Shown piece by piece: positions 12,727 through 24,980 of a stretch of DNA of 57,439 nucleotides (position 1 is the stretch's first letter; the number at the start of each line of letters is the position of its first letter). The stretch lies in NCBI GenBank assembly GCA_018398765.1, contig JAHBMJ010000093.1, positions 1 to 57,439 of the forward strand, in the 5' to 3' direction. Under the pieces are notes generated by a model. The model was given only the letters and a program-made list of their open reading frames with translations. It had not been told where the DNA came from and did no database searches. The translations under genes were made by a program, and so were the position numbers. This stretch comes from Chromera velia (lineage: Eukaryota).

Positions 12727-14170
12727 ATGGCTCCAAAGCCTCAGATCAAGAAAAAACTGACAGAGCGACAAAAAGCATTAGAAAAAAACAAGAAAAGCAA
12801 CCCTGACGAATTTCACGAAATGGACGCGTCTCTTCAGCTTGCTGAAAAACCCAAAAAAGTAATTAAGGAGCCACTGAAAAAGAAGGAAAAAGGGAAATCT
12901 TCGAATAATAAAAATTGAAACAATAAGGAAAAGGAAACAGAAAAGGAGGTAGAGAGTCAAGACGAACAAATGGAAGAAAACGAAACACAAGAGAATGAGA
13001 AAGGGAAAGAAAGTAATAGGAACAAAAGAAATGGAGAAGAGAGTGAAGGAGAATCAGATGAAGAAATGACAGATCAACAGACCAATAAAGCGGAGAAGAA
13101 GTCATCAGCTAGTTCCATACAAGTACAGAAATGGGATTCGTCTGTCCTGAAGGCATTAATAAAAGAAGGAGTCACATTCAAACCAACAAAAGAAGGAGAA
13201 TTTGAATTGATGCATGCTTAACACAGACAAACTACCTGTAAAGGAAACGATAGCAGACAGCTCAGCTTTGGTACCCTCACACCTTCTCTCTTTCACATAA
13301 AGAGCTACTCTGCTATCGACTCCTCCACTGCTGCCAACCCCAAACCACTTCTACAACCCCCCAATCAAAGTAGACATCAATGCATATTCAGGAGAAAGAA
13401 AAGACGTACAAAACTTCTGGAGAGCTTTCAAGATAGATGCCACTGCCTTTCAATGGAACATCACCCAGATTCTCTTCTATTTCCGAAAGTCGCTGAAGGG
13501 AAATGCACTCGATTGGTTCATAAACATATCCGACGAAAAAATGAGCAAAATTCAAACCATCACTAACCTGAAAGACACATTCTTCTCGAAGTTTAGACTC
13601 AAAGAACTGCATGTAGAGAAGGCAGAATACAGCTTAGACAACCTGCAGCAAAGAGAAGGAGAGACAATTCAGGAGTACGCTGACAGGTACACTTCCTTTT
13701 GTCGACAGGCAAATTCATCGATTGAGGATGAAAGACTGATGAAAAAATTCCGGAGAGGACTATTCAACAAAATTGTAAAGTCGATTCTCATACAAAAGCA
13801 ATACACCTCATTCGACGAATTAGTGGGGGCAGCAGAACTGATTTCACATAACAGTAGGGCAACTGAGAAACCCAAAAAGTTTTTGGCAGTCGAAGAAATA
13901 AATGGCGAAATGATGAAAGGAGACAGACTCACCGAGAGCCAGAAAGAAGAGCCCGCACCCTTCATAGAACGACATAATTTATTATCTCCTCGTTAATCAA
14001 CACGGTCCTGCAGCAGTATCGGTACAAGCAACTTACAAAAGATGCGGAGGCTTGACCCCTTACGTAAGTGACCAGTGCCCTTTACCACCAGACTGCAAAT
14101 ATGTATATTGTGGCAACAAACAACATGGGAGACCAGCATATAGAAAACTAAAAAGGGACTTGAAAGTAAA
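12727..14170 (+). pseudogene. Retrotransposon gag remnant (Ty3/gypsy-like capsid region plus two eroded zinc knuckles)
   Basis: LKDTFFSKF...LQQREGETIQEYADRY...LMKKFRRGL...TSFDELV resembles the Retrotrans_gag region. 14034-14141 reads YKRCGGLTPYVSDQC and YVYCGNKQHGRPAY. Several stops and frameshifts. Confidence 0.82.
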
Positions 14171-16950
14171 TCGATTTATGCCTTTCAGTCTCAGAAAAAA
14201 CAGACCTTAACATGAAAAAAAAAATGTAGAGAAGGAAGGCCGGAAAGAGCAAGGAACACTGAAGACCATGGAGAGAAATAGAAAAAGGGGAAAGGGGAAA
14301 GGGACTAGAGAAAGGGAGAAAAAAGGAAGAAAAATAACAAGAAAGACTAAATGAAAGCAGTCATACACATCTATTTGAACTGACAAAGGGTAGAACTCTT
14401 CGTTTTTTCGGTCACAGTATGGTCGTACCTGCAATGATGGACAGCAGACGTGCGGTGAATCATGGTACATGAACATGTTTGGCAGCAGCTGACAACAGAA
14501 AACCCATCATTGAAGGCCATTCCTTCACCTCTCTAACTAAATTAAAGGCAAGGGGGGAAATAAACTTGAGAACGAAAGACTCGTTTCTTTTTTTGAACGA
14601 AAGACTCGTTTCTTTTTTTGTTTGATTTATAGAGAATCAGAAAAACCGAATTTCACATCTTTTCTTCGATGAAACGCGACTTTTTATTTGACTTGCATGC
14701 GCTTGAAATGTACACGTTCTTTAAGACTAGACAGACTCGTGATAAAAAAAAAAAAATCCGTCCACAAAATGAGAGAAGTGGTTAAAAAAAAAAAAAAAAG
14801 AGAGAGAGAGACAGAAGGTGTAATACTCCCTCACCTATGAAGGATGCCCAAACGAATTGTGGTTGATCAAAGTTAAAGACTGCGACTGCCTTGCATTCAT
14901 TCGGTAATTTGAGGCAGAGCAAAGTATGAAAAAGGGAGCCGTTATTCTTAAAGAGCAAGAAAGGAAACTCAGCAGTCAAAGAAAGAAGACAGATCAAAAA
15001 GAGAAAATCATGGTGCAGGAGGGGGAAGACGAAACAAAAGCAACACACTGTGATATAAAAGAGAGACTAGCAGAGCCGAGTGCGTTGCTGGCACTGCATC
15101 CAAAACATGCAAGGAACAGAATGGGGAACACCCACTTCAGAAGGAGCTGGCAGCCCTAATCATAGGAGGCCAGTTCACGTTGACCAAGGCGGTGCGCTTC
15201 CAGTATTCTCACTTCCGGGGTTGCCGTGGGGAAGGCAGACGTAAACAGGGACCGAAGAGCCTGGAACTGAAAACCTGCAGATATGGAAAGATGAAATCGT
15301 CATTAACTACGTTCTTAATGACAATCACATCGACAGTAGGAGATCAAGAGTCAGAGCAAGCACCGTCAACAACCAAAAATAGAAAACGTACAGACACTGG
15401 AGGTACACAAAGTCGTGTGTAAGTCAAAAACCACTCAAACAGAGAGAAAAGATAGACAAGATGAACACTTACAAACGAATGATCAAATAAATAAAGGATA
15501 GACGGGTAGATGCCTGATTGATTCGGATTAGAATGACCAACTGAACCAAATAAAAGGCATGAAAGATGCAAGGCAAGATAAGTGCATTAATAAAAAGACT
15601 AACTGAATGACCCCCTAAGTACTGAAAAGGAATGAATGGAAACAAAACACCCATACACACACACTCACACATCTTCACCCTCATTCATCCACTCACCCGC
15701 ACCTACATACACACGAACCCTCCCTGGAGCAGCACCGCATACCGATCGGTGACTGATGAATAAAAGCAGACAACATAAACCTGCTGGGCGCATATAATCC
15801 ACAGCCTCCGACCCTGATGCCTTCGTGGCGAGAAGATGTATGCGCATGTGCATATAAGGTCCCCCAGGGGGTAAGTTGGCCACTCATACCACCAGGACCT
15901 CCCAAGGAGAGGTAAGGTCGCCCGCTCAATCGCTCGTACTGGGCCCCCGTTCCCCAGTACATCATCATCGACCTATATACACATACACACACCCTACATA
16001 CACATAAACACCAAAATGAGCTTCGCGCTCAAGCTTATTTAAAAAAAAAAAACGCCTAAGAAGCAAAACCTGGTGTTGGGCCTCCAACCCCTACAGTACT
16101 CTGAAGATGAGCCCGATGAGAAGAGGTGAATACACTCATTTTCAACTTAAAGTTAGAGAGGAAGAAGCAGAAGAGGAAGCCAAATGTCATACTAAAGAAG
16201 AGAAGCAAAGTCAACAAACAGCAAAAGGTTCCTCACAGAATTACCCGCTCACATATGCACACTCAAATAGATGTCTTTCAGAGCAGATGGGATAGGGGGG
16301 GGAGCCAGACAAATAATTTCAAATAAGACGACTGGCAGGCAAATAAAATCACAGGAGAAAATCAATTCAGCAAAATTGAATGAAATGGTGAATGGTGCAG
16401 AGATGAGTAAATTAAAGCCAGACAGCGAGAACATGGGAAGACAGTCTGTCAAGAAAGCACAAAGCCGACAAGTTCTTCCAAACAAAATAGAGGCAGAGAA
16501 GTGCAAAACGCGAACTTGCAGCAAACTTGACATCGAACAGCTGAGTCACTACCTTGCATGAATGGACTGACTCCTTTTCCCGAGCCTCTCTCTGTCGCGT
16601 GCTAAAGATCCCCCTACAGGAGGAAAGACATGACAAAGAAGAAGGTCGTTGACAGGAGCCACAAAGAGGCAACATCAAGATAAAAAGGAGTACGAAGAAC
16701 GACACCGCCCCGCGTGCAAGGGCGTGAGTAGACGACCAAGACCGAGAAAATGGAGATGAACGATATGAACACCACCCAGGAGATCAAAACGATGACGTAG
16801 AAGCATGCGACAGTGATGAGAAGTCGCCGAGAGGAAGAAGAGGACATACAAGGAAGTGGACGAAAGCGATGTCGAAGCGGACAAGGCTCATGGAGACGGA
16901 AAGAGACATCGGGTTCCAGAGGGGCAAGGACAACGACGACAGGGCAACGT

Positions 16951-17040
16951 AGATATAGGCATCGTGATCCTTACCGTGGATGTAGGCATAGTGATCCTGG
17001 CCGTGGATGTAGGCATACTGATCTTTGCCTAGGATGTGGC
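16951..17040. repeat. 27-bp tandem repeat, ~3 copies
   Basis: GATRTAGGCAT..TGATC units in tandem. Confidence 0.75.
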
Positions 17041-17984
17041 GATGTAGAAGAGGATAGAAGAGGTCAGAGACGGAGGAGGATCGCCTCACGTCCGAACACA
17101 AACACGGAGAAGGACGAGACGGAGGCAGGGTGGATGTGGCGATGTAGAAGACTAGTATAGAAAAGGTTGGAGAACAAGGACATGGAGAGCATCTGCAAGC
17201 ACAGGGACAAAGGAGACTAACATGAATAACATGAAGCATAAGATCAATGTGAAGCTCTTGAAGGACCAGAATAAAGAGGCCAGAGAGCACTCGCTCTGAC
17301 TGGGATGATGAGGGCTCCAGAGGTATCGGCCAGCCAGAGAGTCACCATGAAAGCGAGGAAAAGGTTCCAAGAAGAGGCCAGACGAAGCGATTGCAGAATA
17401 GAAACAAAGTTAAAGGAGATGGAAGAACAACACCGCTTTGAAGTGAGGGAGACTTATGAAGAAAAGAGAACTGATACTCTAAGGGAGAGTCGCCAGGGAT
17501 GCATCAAGAGTGATAAAGATGTTGCAGTTGAATCGGAGCATCAAAAGAGGGATCGATCGTGCCATGTACGTGCTTCACAGAAATTTTTTCATTGAAATGT
17601 TTCGATCAAAAACGAGAAATACGCCCCGGCCGAAAAACACGTGTTGCATCGTACGTATTGCATTGCATGATATATCACACTCATGCACAGCTATAATTAT
17701 CTAAGCTCTATGGGTCCATTTGTATGAAGGACCCCGGCGCTTCCGCGGGGGCCATCCGATTTTGCGTGCGCGAACTGAAGGACGTGCTGGCATGCCGGGG
17801 CCTTTTTGACAACCCCGCGCGCCGTGCGCGCGAGATCTTGAGGGGCCGTCGGTACGCCAGAAAACCATATGCAAAGGCACGGATAGGCATGGAAGGGCAC
17901 AAAAAGACATAGAAAGAGGGGAATGCTATGAGATAAGATCATGAATAAATCGAGCGTGGAATCTCGATTTTAGAAAAGAGCGAA

Positions 17985-18447
17985 TGCTATACGCTATTTA
18001 AGCACAGCTAGAAAGAAAATAGAAATTAAATGAATTGATTGTGGTTTAAAGTAATACTGAGCAAAAGAAAATCGTGCGCATCACTCGCCTTCATGACCTA
18101 ATGGTTAGCATACAACACTAACAAGCAAAAGGTCATAGGTTCAAGCCTCGTTACCTCTTTTTTAAGAATCAAAGAAAGAAGGTGCAGGACGTTAATGTCT
18201 TATATCATACAGATGTTGGCGTGTCACACTTTGATCGAAATTATATGAAAAACTTCCGAAAGACTTTCTGGAAGACTACAATGAAATCAGATCGATCACT
18301 GAATCATAAGAAAGCTTCATGCTCCTGATACTAATCGAGTTTGTCACTGGAGATCGACCTGAACCACTCCAGCGACATTAAGCCCTGAAGACCCTTGAAC
18401 CTCTGCAAGCACTCACCAGCGCCAACCCCTCTAAATAGACCTTAACA
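17985..18447 (+). repeat. 3' LTR (463 bp)
   Basis: Starts TGCTAT and ends TTAACA, followed by GAAT. Confidence 0.92.
18087..18163 (+). ncRNA. tRNA-derived Pol III-like cassette in the 3' LTR
   Basis: TGACCTAATGGTTAG ... CTAACAA ... GGTTCAAGCC ... T6; a copy of 7364-7440. Confidence 0.7.
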
Positions 18448-18603
18448 GAATCTTAATATAGCTCCGTATTTCTTACTAAAGCATGCGCTACTGTAGTTTA
18501 TAATTAATGCTTATTTTTTTTTATCTTATTACTGCTTGCACTCTATTTTAAAAAGCAGTTTAAAAAGCTATTTTAGCCTATAGAAACGTAATAAGAAAAT
18601 GAG

Positions 18604-20855
18604 TAGGGCTTGGAGAAGGTGCACCTCAGAAAAGATGCAAACCAGACAGTTGCACCAGATGTACCTGTTTTGCACCAGATGCACCTGATGTACCTGTTTT
18701 GCACCTAATAGAATGGAATTGGGTGAAAAGTGTTAGCATCATGGCCATGCAACGTGTTACGGCCCCACCTCTGCGGCTCCTCGCAGCCCCAAACGCGCGC
18801 GTGTTGCCGGACCGCGGTGCACGGAACAAATTTGTATGATCACCCGATTTTTGAGATGAAAATCGGCTGCATGCAGGGCTTACTGCATGAACGAATGCAC
18901 GTTCGACAACGCATATGCGCTGCATGAAATCAAGTCTAGCTATATTATGTGAGAACCTCTTCTCTTTGCAGCATGAGAACTGTTTTATGGGCTGCCCTAT
19001 ATAACAGAAACGACTGCATGTGCATGCATAGCAACGAGGAGCACACGAAGGTAAAAGGATAAGAACAACAGGTTTGAGTCAAGAAGCTGTGCAAGCAGAC
19101 TGAGTCCGTTTGCAAAACAATGGCACAATGCTAAACGGTTTGCCGGGAGGAAAACAGCTTCGTCAACCTTTAGCAATCAAGGATAAATGCCAACACAGTG
19201 CTGTACGGATATTCTTTTTCATATTAATATGAAGAAAAGAAGCAGAAACGGCATACATATGGGAACATGCATACATGAAAGTACGTCTCTCTCGGTTGCA
19301 GGTAAGGACTTTTGAAACCTGGTGCCGGGCGCTCTTTACGATTGGCGGGCTCGATCTATCTTGGTCAGTAAGAGTGTAATTAGACCAGGTTTGATCATTC
19401 AATTTGCTGCTTTGCGTCAGAGAGTGGAACCATTCGTTACTTCCGTCTGCTGATGGCTCGTCAAGTTTGCATGCTTACATACAGATCTGTATCTGACTTT
19501 CTGTCATACCACGGCTTCTCGTTGCGTTTGGTACTTCCAGAAGGTTTGAAGACCGACTATAAAGGGAAGTGCAGCTTTTGTAGGGGCGTTCACCCCTTCG
19601 TTTGCGAGTCGTCAGTCATACCGGTCCTGTATACTGGTCACTGCCGTTAATCACTTCTCAATTTCACAAACCGAGGCCCTGTCCAGATAGACGGCTTCAC
19701 ACAAATGTCAACAAACAAAAGAGAAGCTATTCAAGAACAGAGAGAGCCTTCTTTTGGATCTGAAGACGGAGAAAATACTTGTACCAGCCGCGTAGATCCT
19801 TGCAGGTGGCTCAGGAGGGTATGGGAAGACATACTAGTCTGGATGAACATCATGAATTAAGCCGGGTCAGTCGGAAAAAGAGGGTCTGGGGTTAGGAATC
19901 GCACCTGTCCCACTCTGTTCATGTTTCTCTTACTCTTCAAAGCCAAACTCAAATCAAAAGCCAAAGCCTCCCCTCCGCCCCAACCAGCCCGCATCAAACC
20001 CGAGGAGTTTTTAGGAAAGAAAGACGTCATACTCAGTCTAAGGTCGATTTTCAAGTCGGGTTTCGAGTGTGAGAAAGTCTGTGAGGAGCCTGCTCTCTCC
20101 TCTTCTTTCTCCTCTTCTTCTTTCTCTCCTTCCTCTTTTTTATCTAGTTTTTGTCCTCCGTTGTCGTTTTGGGGAGGGGGGTGAGTGAAAAAGAGAGCTA
20201 AGGTATGACGGGGCTGGGCTTCGAGCCTCTGAGATCAGGCCCTCGCTTGCCCTTGCTCAGAGACGAAATCCAAAAAAAACCTTCCTTTGTTTCATTCTTT
20301 CTTCTTTTTCTTTTTCATGAAAACGTACCATTTGTGGTTGCTTTCTTCAGGAGTTTGCTCCAAAGGGGCATGCGTGCGCAGTTTGAAGGATTTATGGATC
20401 GTATAAGCTAAGACATAACTGGACTACGGTGCAGCACGCAAACGGTGCCAAACATATTTAAACGCTATAGATCATACATACAAAGCATTGAACAGGTTTT
20501 AAATAAAAAAAAGAGACCTAGAAAAAGACCGAAGTCATGATATAGTCAGAGACATATAGTCTTTAATTGCATGCAAGATTTTTTTTTTCTTTTCGTCTTT
20601 TTACTGATATTTCTGGTAACATTTTATGTTGTTTTGCATACTAAAAGTTTGTTTAGCTACACTATATCATAAAAAGCTTTTAGGCCTTGAATGAGGTGCC
20701 TTTTGGCCGCTAGAAACACTAGAAATCAACCGTAGAAACCTAGCTGTCGTATGGTAAACGGTACACCTTATTTTGCATCTGTTTTACACCTGATTTAAGG
20801 TGCAAACTTATTTTTGCACCAGCACCAGCACCTTATGCACCTTTTCTCAGCCTTA
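18604..20855. mobile_element. Non-autonomous hAT-type DNA transposon (2,252 bp)
   Basis: AAAATGAG at 18596-18603 and 20856-20863; imperfect TIRs TAGGGCTTGGAGAAGGTGCA versus TAAGGCTGAGAAAAGGTGCA (16/20); clustered GCACC subterminal repeats at both ends. An 8-bp TSD with short TIRs is the established hAT signature. Confidence 0.88.
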
Positions 20856-21303
20856 AAAATGAGAGAAAACTTATTACTTTTCTATCCTTTTTTTATCATT
20901 TTTTCAACAGCTTTTAAAATTCAAAAAGTTATTTTTGTTATAGTTTTTGCAGCCAGGGTATATGCATGCTAGTGGCTTTTAAAAGTGCATGCATATAGGA
21001 TATATGGCTTAAAATTTGCATGTTTTTAAAAACTTTTATTATCCATATACTATATCATTAAATACGCAGTAACAGACACAAATATAGGCTTAGAAACTAA
21101 TGTATTATTAATGTATATATATAACTTGAAGACAGTTTTTATTTGAATCATTGGAGGATTTGACATGATTTGACCTTCGTTCTTGTTCAGATGTTGAGTC
21201 CAAATCTACCAGAAAGACTGTCTATGTTGGTGTTTGTTTGGAATTTTGCCTCCACCTCCCCCGCTAGTTTACCAGTCTCTGCATTTTTTCGTTGTGTGCG
21301 AAA

Positions 21304-21342
<39 letters not shown>

Positions 21343-21921
21343 CGGGCGGGCGGGCGCACATCTGCATGTGTGTCTGTGTGAGCGAATTCCTTTGTACATG
21401 TTTCTCAATTCCTCAGTTTTTTGTTCTGCCCGCAGGCTCGTCCTGTTCTCTCGAGAATTAATTTGCCCGGCCGCTCTTTTGTTTTTTCTGTACGTAAAGT
21501 TTCTTTTCAAACACGCCATCCGTCCATGTCTGCTCCAGAGCAAACATCCGCACTTTCGTTTCTGCCTTAATTTTGCGTGGATTTTATCCCTCTGACCTAA
21601 GCAGCTTTGCGTCTGTCTTCTCTCTCTCTCGTTGAATGACTCTTCGGAGATGTCCGTAGAAGAGGACGCTCAAACGATTCCAACCCCTGTCCCTCCCTTC
21701 CTCGCTCCCTCCCCTCCTTCCCTCCTTCCAAGGCTTTCCTTCCCGGCCCAACACCTTTTCTTCCTATCATCCCGCAAGATCGCAATTCAGAGGGTTGGAC
21801 GAAGCTTGTGACTCCTGACGCTTGTCTCAGACTCACAGTCAGATTCTCATGCAGACGAACAGTGCAGTGCTTCCCTTTTGGAAACCCGAAACCTGCTTCC
21901 TTCCCTTCTCCCCCCCTTCCC

Positions 21922-22839
21922 TCAAGCAACCCAAGTCCTTCCGTTCTTAGAGCACGAGAAAATGTCCAGACCCAGACAGATAGCATCGTCACAGGGCTCA
22001 ACCTCCTCCCTCACGCGGGGGAAGTCGTGGCGGTATCCGCCGGCAGCCCAGCCGGTGAAGGAGTGTGTGACTGTCGCAGAGCGCTTGCAGCCCATGAACA
22101 CCTGGAACGTCAAGGTTGTCCCTCTGGTGCATCTGCAAACAGATCGCAGCAAGGGGGGGGGATCCAGAGAGACGGCAAGAAAGAAAAGTCCTGGTCTTCA
22201 TCTGTCTCTCTTGCTCTTCCCTGCATGATAGGTGATTCCACGGAGAAGCAAGGCAGTAGACAAGCCATATGTGTGCAATGTCTGAACGCCTATACAGGCG
22301 CCTACAGGCCCTGACTTCAGACAATGAAGAGGAGCAAAGGAAGGCAGGCAGACAGGCAGGCAGACAGACAGGCAGACAGACAGACAGGCAGGCAGACAGA
22401 CAGGCAGGAACACACCTGATGACCACAGAGCACCCACGGGGAGGAGCCCCTGCAGCACCGTTGGGGTAGAAGTCCAGTTCGATTCTGCAAACAGTCCACG
22501 AACGATGGATGCACTCCACCACACACTCAGTCAGTCATTCCCTCGGTCTCTCACTCCCTCACTTACTCATCTTTCATTGCATTTGCTGATTGACTTGTCT
22601 GGAGTCACACGGCGCAGCATCATTGCAAGAGGGGAGAGAGAGAGAGAGAGAGAGAGAGAGGTAGGTAGGTAGGTAGGTAGGTAGGGAGGGAGGGAGGGAG
22701 GGCGGGAGGGCGGGAGGGCGGGAGAAGGGGTGGAGGGGGGGGGAGATAAGAAAAGGAAAGGGAAGGGAAGAAACAAGGCAAGGAAAGGAAGAAAGAAGAA
22801 AGAAAGAAAGAAAGAAAGAAAGGAAGAAAGGAAGGAAGC

Positions 22840-22870
<31 letters not shown>

Positions 22871-24695
22871 GAAGAAAGGAAGGAAGCAAGAAAGAAAGAA
22901 AAGAAGGAAGGAAGAGGAAAGGAAGGACAATTGGAGGAAGGAGAAAAGCGAACGAAAGAAAAAGGCCTTCAGAATCACAAAAGAGGCCTCAAACAAAGAG
23001 AATTAAGAGAACAGAAGAGAAGAAGGCAGACAGACCTCTCGATGGGCAGCCTCACACACTTTCGAGTCGGGGACGAGAGGCACGCTAGGGGAGACACCGT
23101 TCTGAATTTCGAAGTCATGCCGAAGATTCTCCACTCGATCCTTTCGCATCTCCCAGGGCAGAAGGAGGGCACGCAGGGAGCGACGCAAGGGGAGAGGCAG
23201 GGGGAAGGTGCGCAGGGGGAGACGCACGGCGAGACGCACGGAGGGCAAGTCACGAGGCAGTCAATCCGCGACTGCAGCAAAAAACAGAATTGAAGAGGGT
23301 AAGCAGATGAAAAAAAAGTATTAACATGATCGCAGGGTGTCAGTCAAACAAGATCCCCTGACAGAGGCATTGAAGCCGATGTTCGTATGAGACCCACACA
23401 CTGCAGTACTTACTGTTTCTGACGCACGCCCCTGGATTGCAATTCCTTTCTTGACTCTATTCCTTGATCAAATCACTAGGCCAATCGCCCAAGGAAAGAC
23501 ACAGCCTCCCCAACGCGAAGGCGCACTTCTCTCTCTAAGGACACCATGTTTATTTTGCCGGAGGACATCAAGGGTCTCTCTATCTTGCTCTTTCCTTCCC
23601 AGGCGGGCTTTTGATTTGACCTCACAGTTCCTCTCCTACCGAAAGCCCCTTGGGTCAAGGCAGGATCCGATCACTGCTGTTCCAATCACACGCGTGCCCC
23701 CATCAAACCATTTGTTGCCCTCTAAGGACAGAGTCTTCACCAAACTGTTTAGGTTCACTTCACTCCCTGTTGTTCCTTCTGTCCCGTTTGACTTCTTAAG
23801 GACCATCCCTCCCTGCAGGACCCAAATCTCCTTTTGTCATTCATAACGTATACACTCACACACGCGCACGCACCTGGAGCTTGCAGTTCTCCTCCTCGAG
23901 TCTCGCGTTGTCGACCTTCAGCCTGCTGGTCTCCACATCCAAGGCACTCACCTCCGTCCTCAAAGTGGCCTCAGACTTTTCGGCTTCAGCAGAGGTCAGC
24001 TGCACGATCGGATAAATCGGGCCCCCGAAAGGTATTTTGGGCACTAGGAGCACGCATGGAGAATCACACGACTGATCAATCCTTTTCTCTTCATGCGCTT
24101 CTGTGTATGGGAGCTGCATGCCGACAGAAGAAACTTCGAAGCGACTCTTCTTTCAGGCTACCTTCAGACACATACAGATTCTCGGCTATTCCCACACACC
24201 TGCGTTTCTGTGAAGAGAAGAGAATGCAGTACAAGAATGCCCTATCTGCATGAGGCCCTGAGCAGAAAAGAGGAAGGCCGAGGAGAACCGGTAACGAAGG
24301 TCAGAGGCGAGGTGATGGACGGGTGGATGGACGTATATATGCAGGGACACAATATATAGTGCTTGCGTGGACTCGATCCCCCCGAGGTGTTTGCCTTCGC
24401 ACATCGAGGAACTCACCTTCAGGGCTCTGACGTCCCTCTCGAGGGTGTCAAGCTTGTCGAGAAGGACGTCGTTTCTGGTCTTCAACTGGGCATTCTCGAG
24501 GGATACAGAGTCGTAGGCAGTGGAGATATCCTCAATCCTCCTGTCTGCCTCGCGAGCAATGATCTCTGCACGCACGCGGTGCATGTCGCGGATATCGTCC
24601 CAGACGGACTTGGGTCTCCCGAGGCTGGGAGAGGCCAGCGCCAGGTCACGGTAGAGAGAGGACATCGGACGTGGAGATGGTGTCCGGAGGCTCAT
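21922..24695 (-). CDS. Coiled-coil + Cys/Pro-rich linker + MATH(TRAF-C)-like protein, 5 exons, 306 aa
   Basis: Phase-consistent GT-AG exons 24417-24695, 23874-23999, 23036-23271, 22416-22484 and 21922-22132 (921 nt). The N-terminus is heptad-like. ERIEWRI...LSSP, IELDFYPNG...CSVVIR and HDF...LGLDI resemble a MATH domain. Confidence 0.8.
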
Positions 24696-24874
24696 AGAAG
24701 CGGACTCTCGCTGGTTTCTGTTAAAACTCCCTGCGTTGTCGGAGAAGGATCACCTCACTGAGCGTAGCAGTCTTGATTTCCCAAATGACCTGTTTGCACA
24801 GAAGCCCAGAAGTATACATAAAAAGGGTCCAATCCATATAAGCACAGGAAGAAGAACTGCCATTTCGAATCAAG

Positions 24875-24980
24875 GGAACGATCGATCGATCGCCCGCCCG
24901 CCTGCATGCATTCATGCATGCATGCATGATTTTTTTTTCTTCTTGCTCAGATCGCGCGACTTAATTGCGCGCGGAAGCAA
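24875..24980. promoter_or_regulatory. Putative promoter motif cluster upstream of the MATH gene
   Basis: GATCGATCGATC, tandem TGCATGCA, and CGCGCG/AATTGCGCGCG about 200 bp upstream of the ATG; similar to 54540-54725. Confidence 0.45.

Larger units (their letters stand above)
7262..18447 (+). mobile_element. LTR retroelement of 11,186 bp, gag-containing, no recognisable pol (non-autonomous, decayed)
   Basis: Two 463-bp direct repeats with TG...CA ends; GAAT at 7258-7261 and 18448-18451; purine tract AGAAAAGAGCGAA immediately before the second repeat; plus-strand gag remnant inside. Confidence 0.9.
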
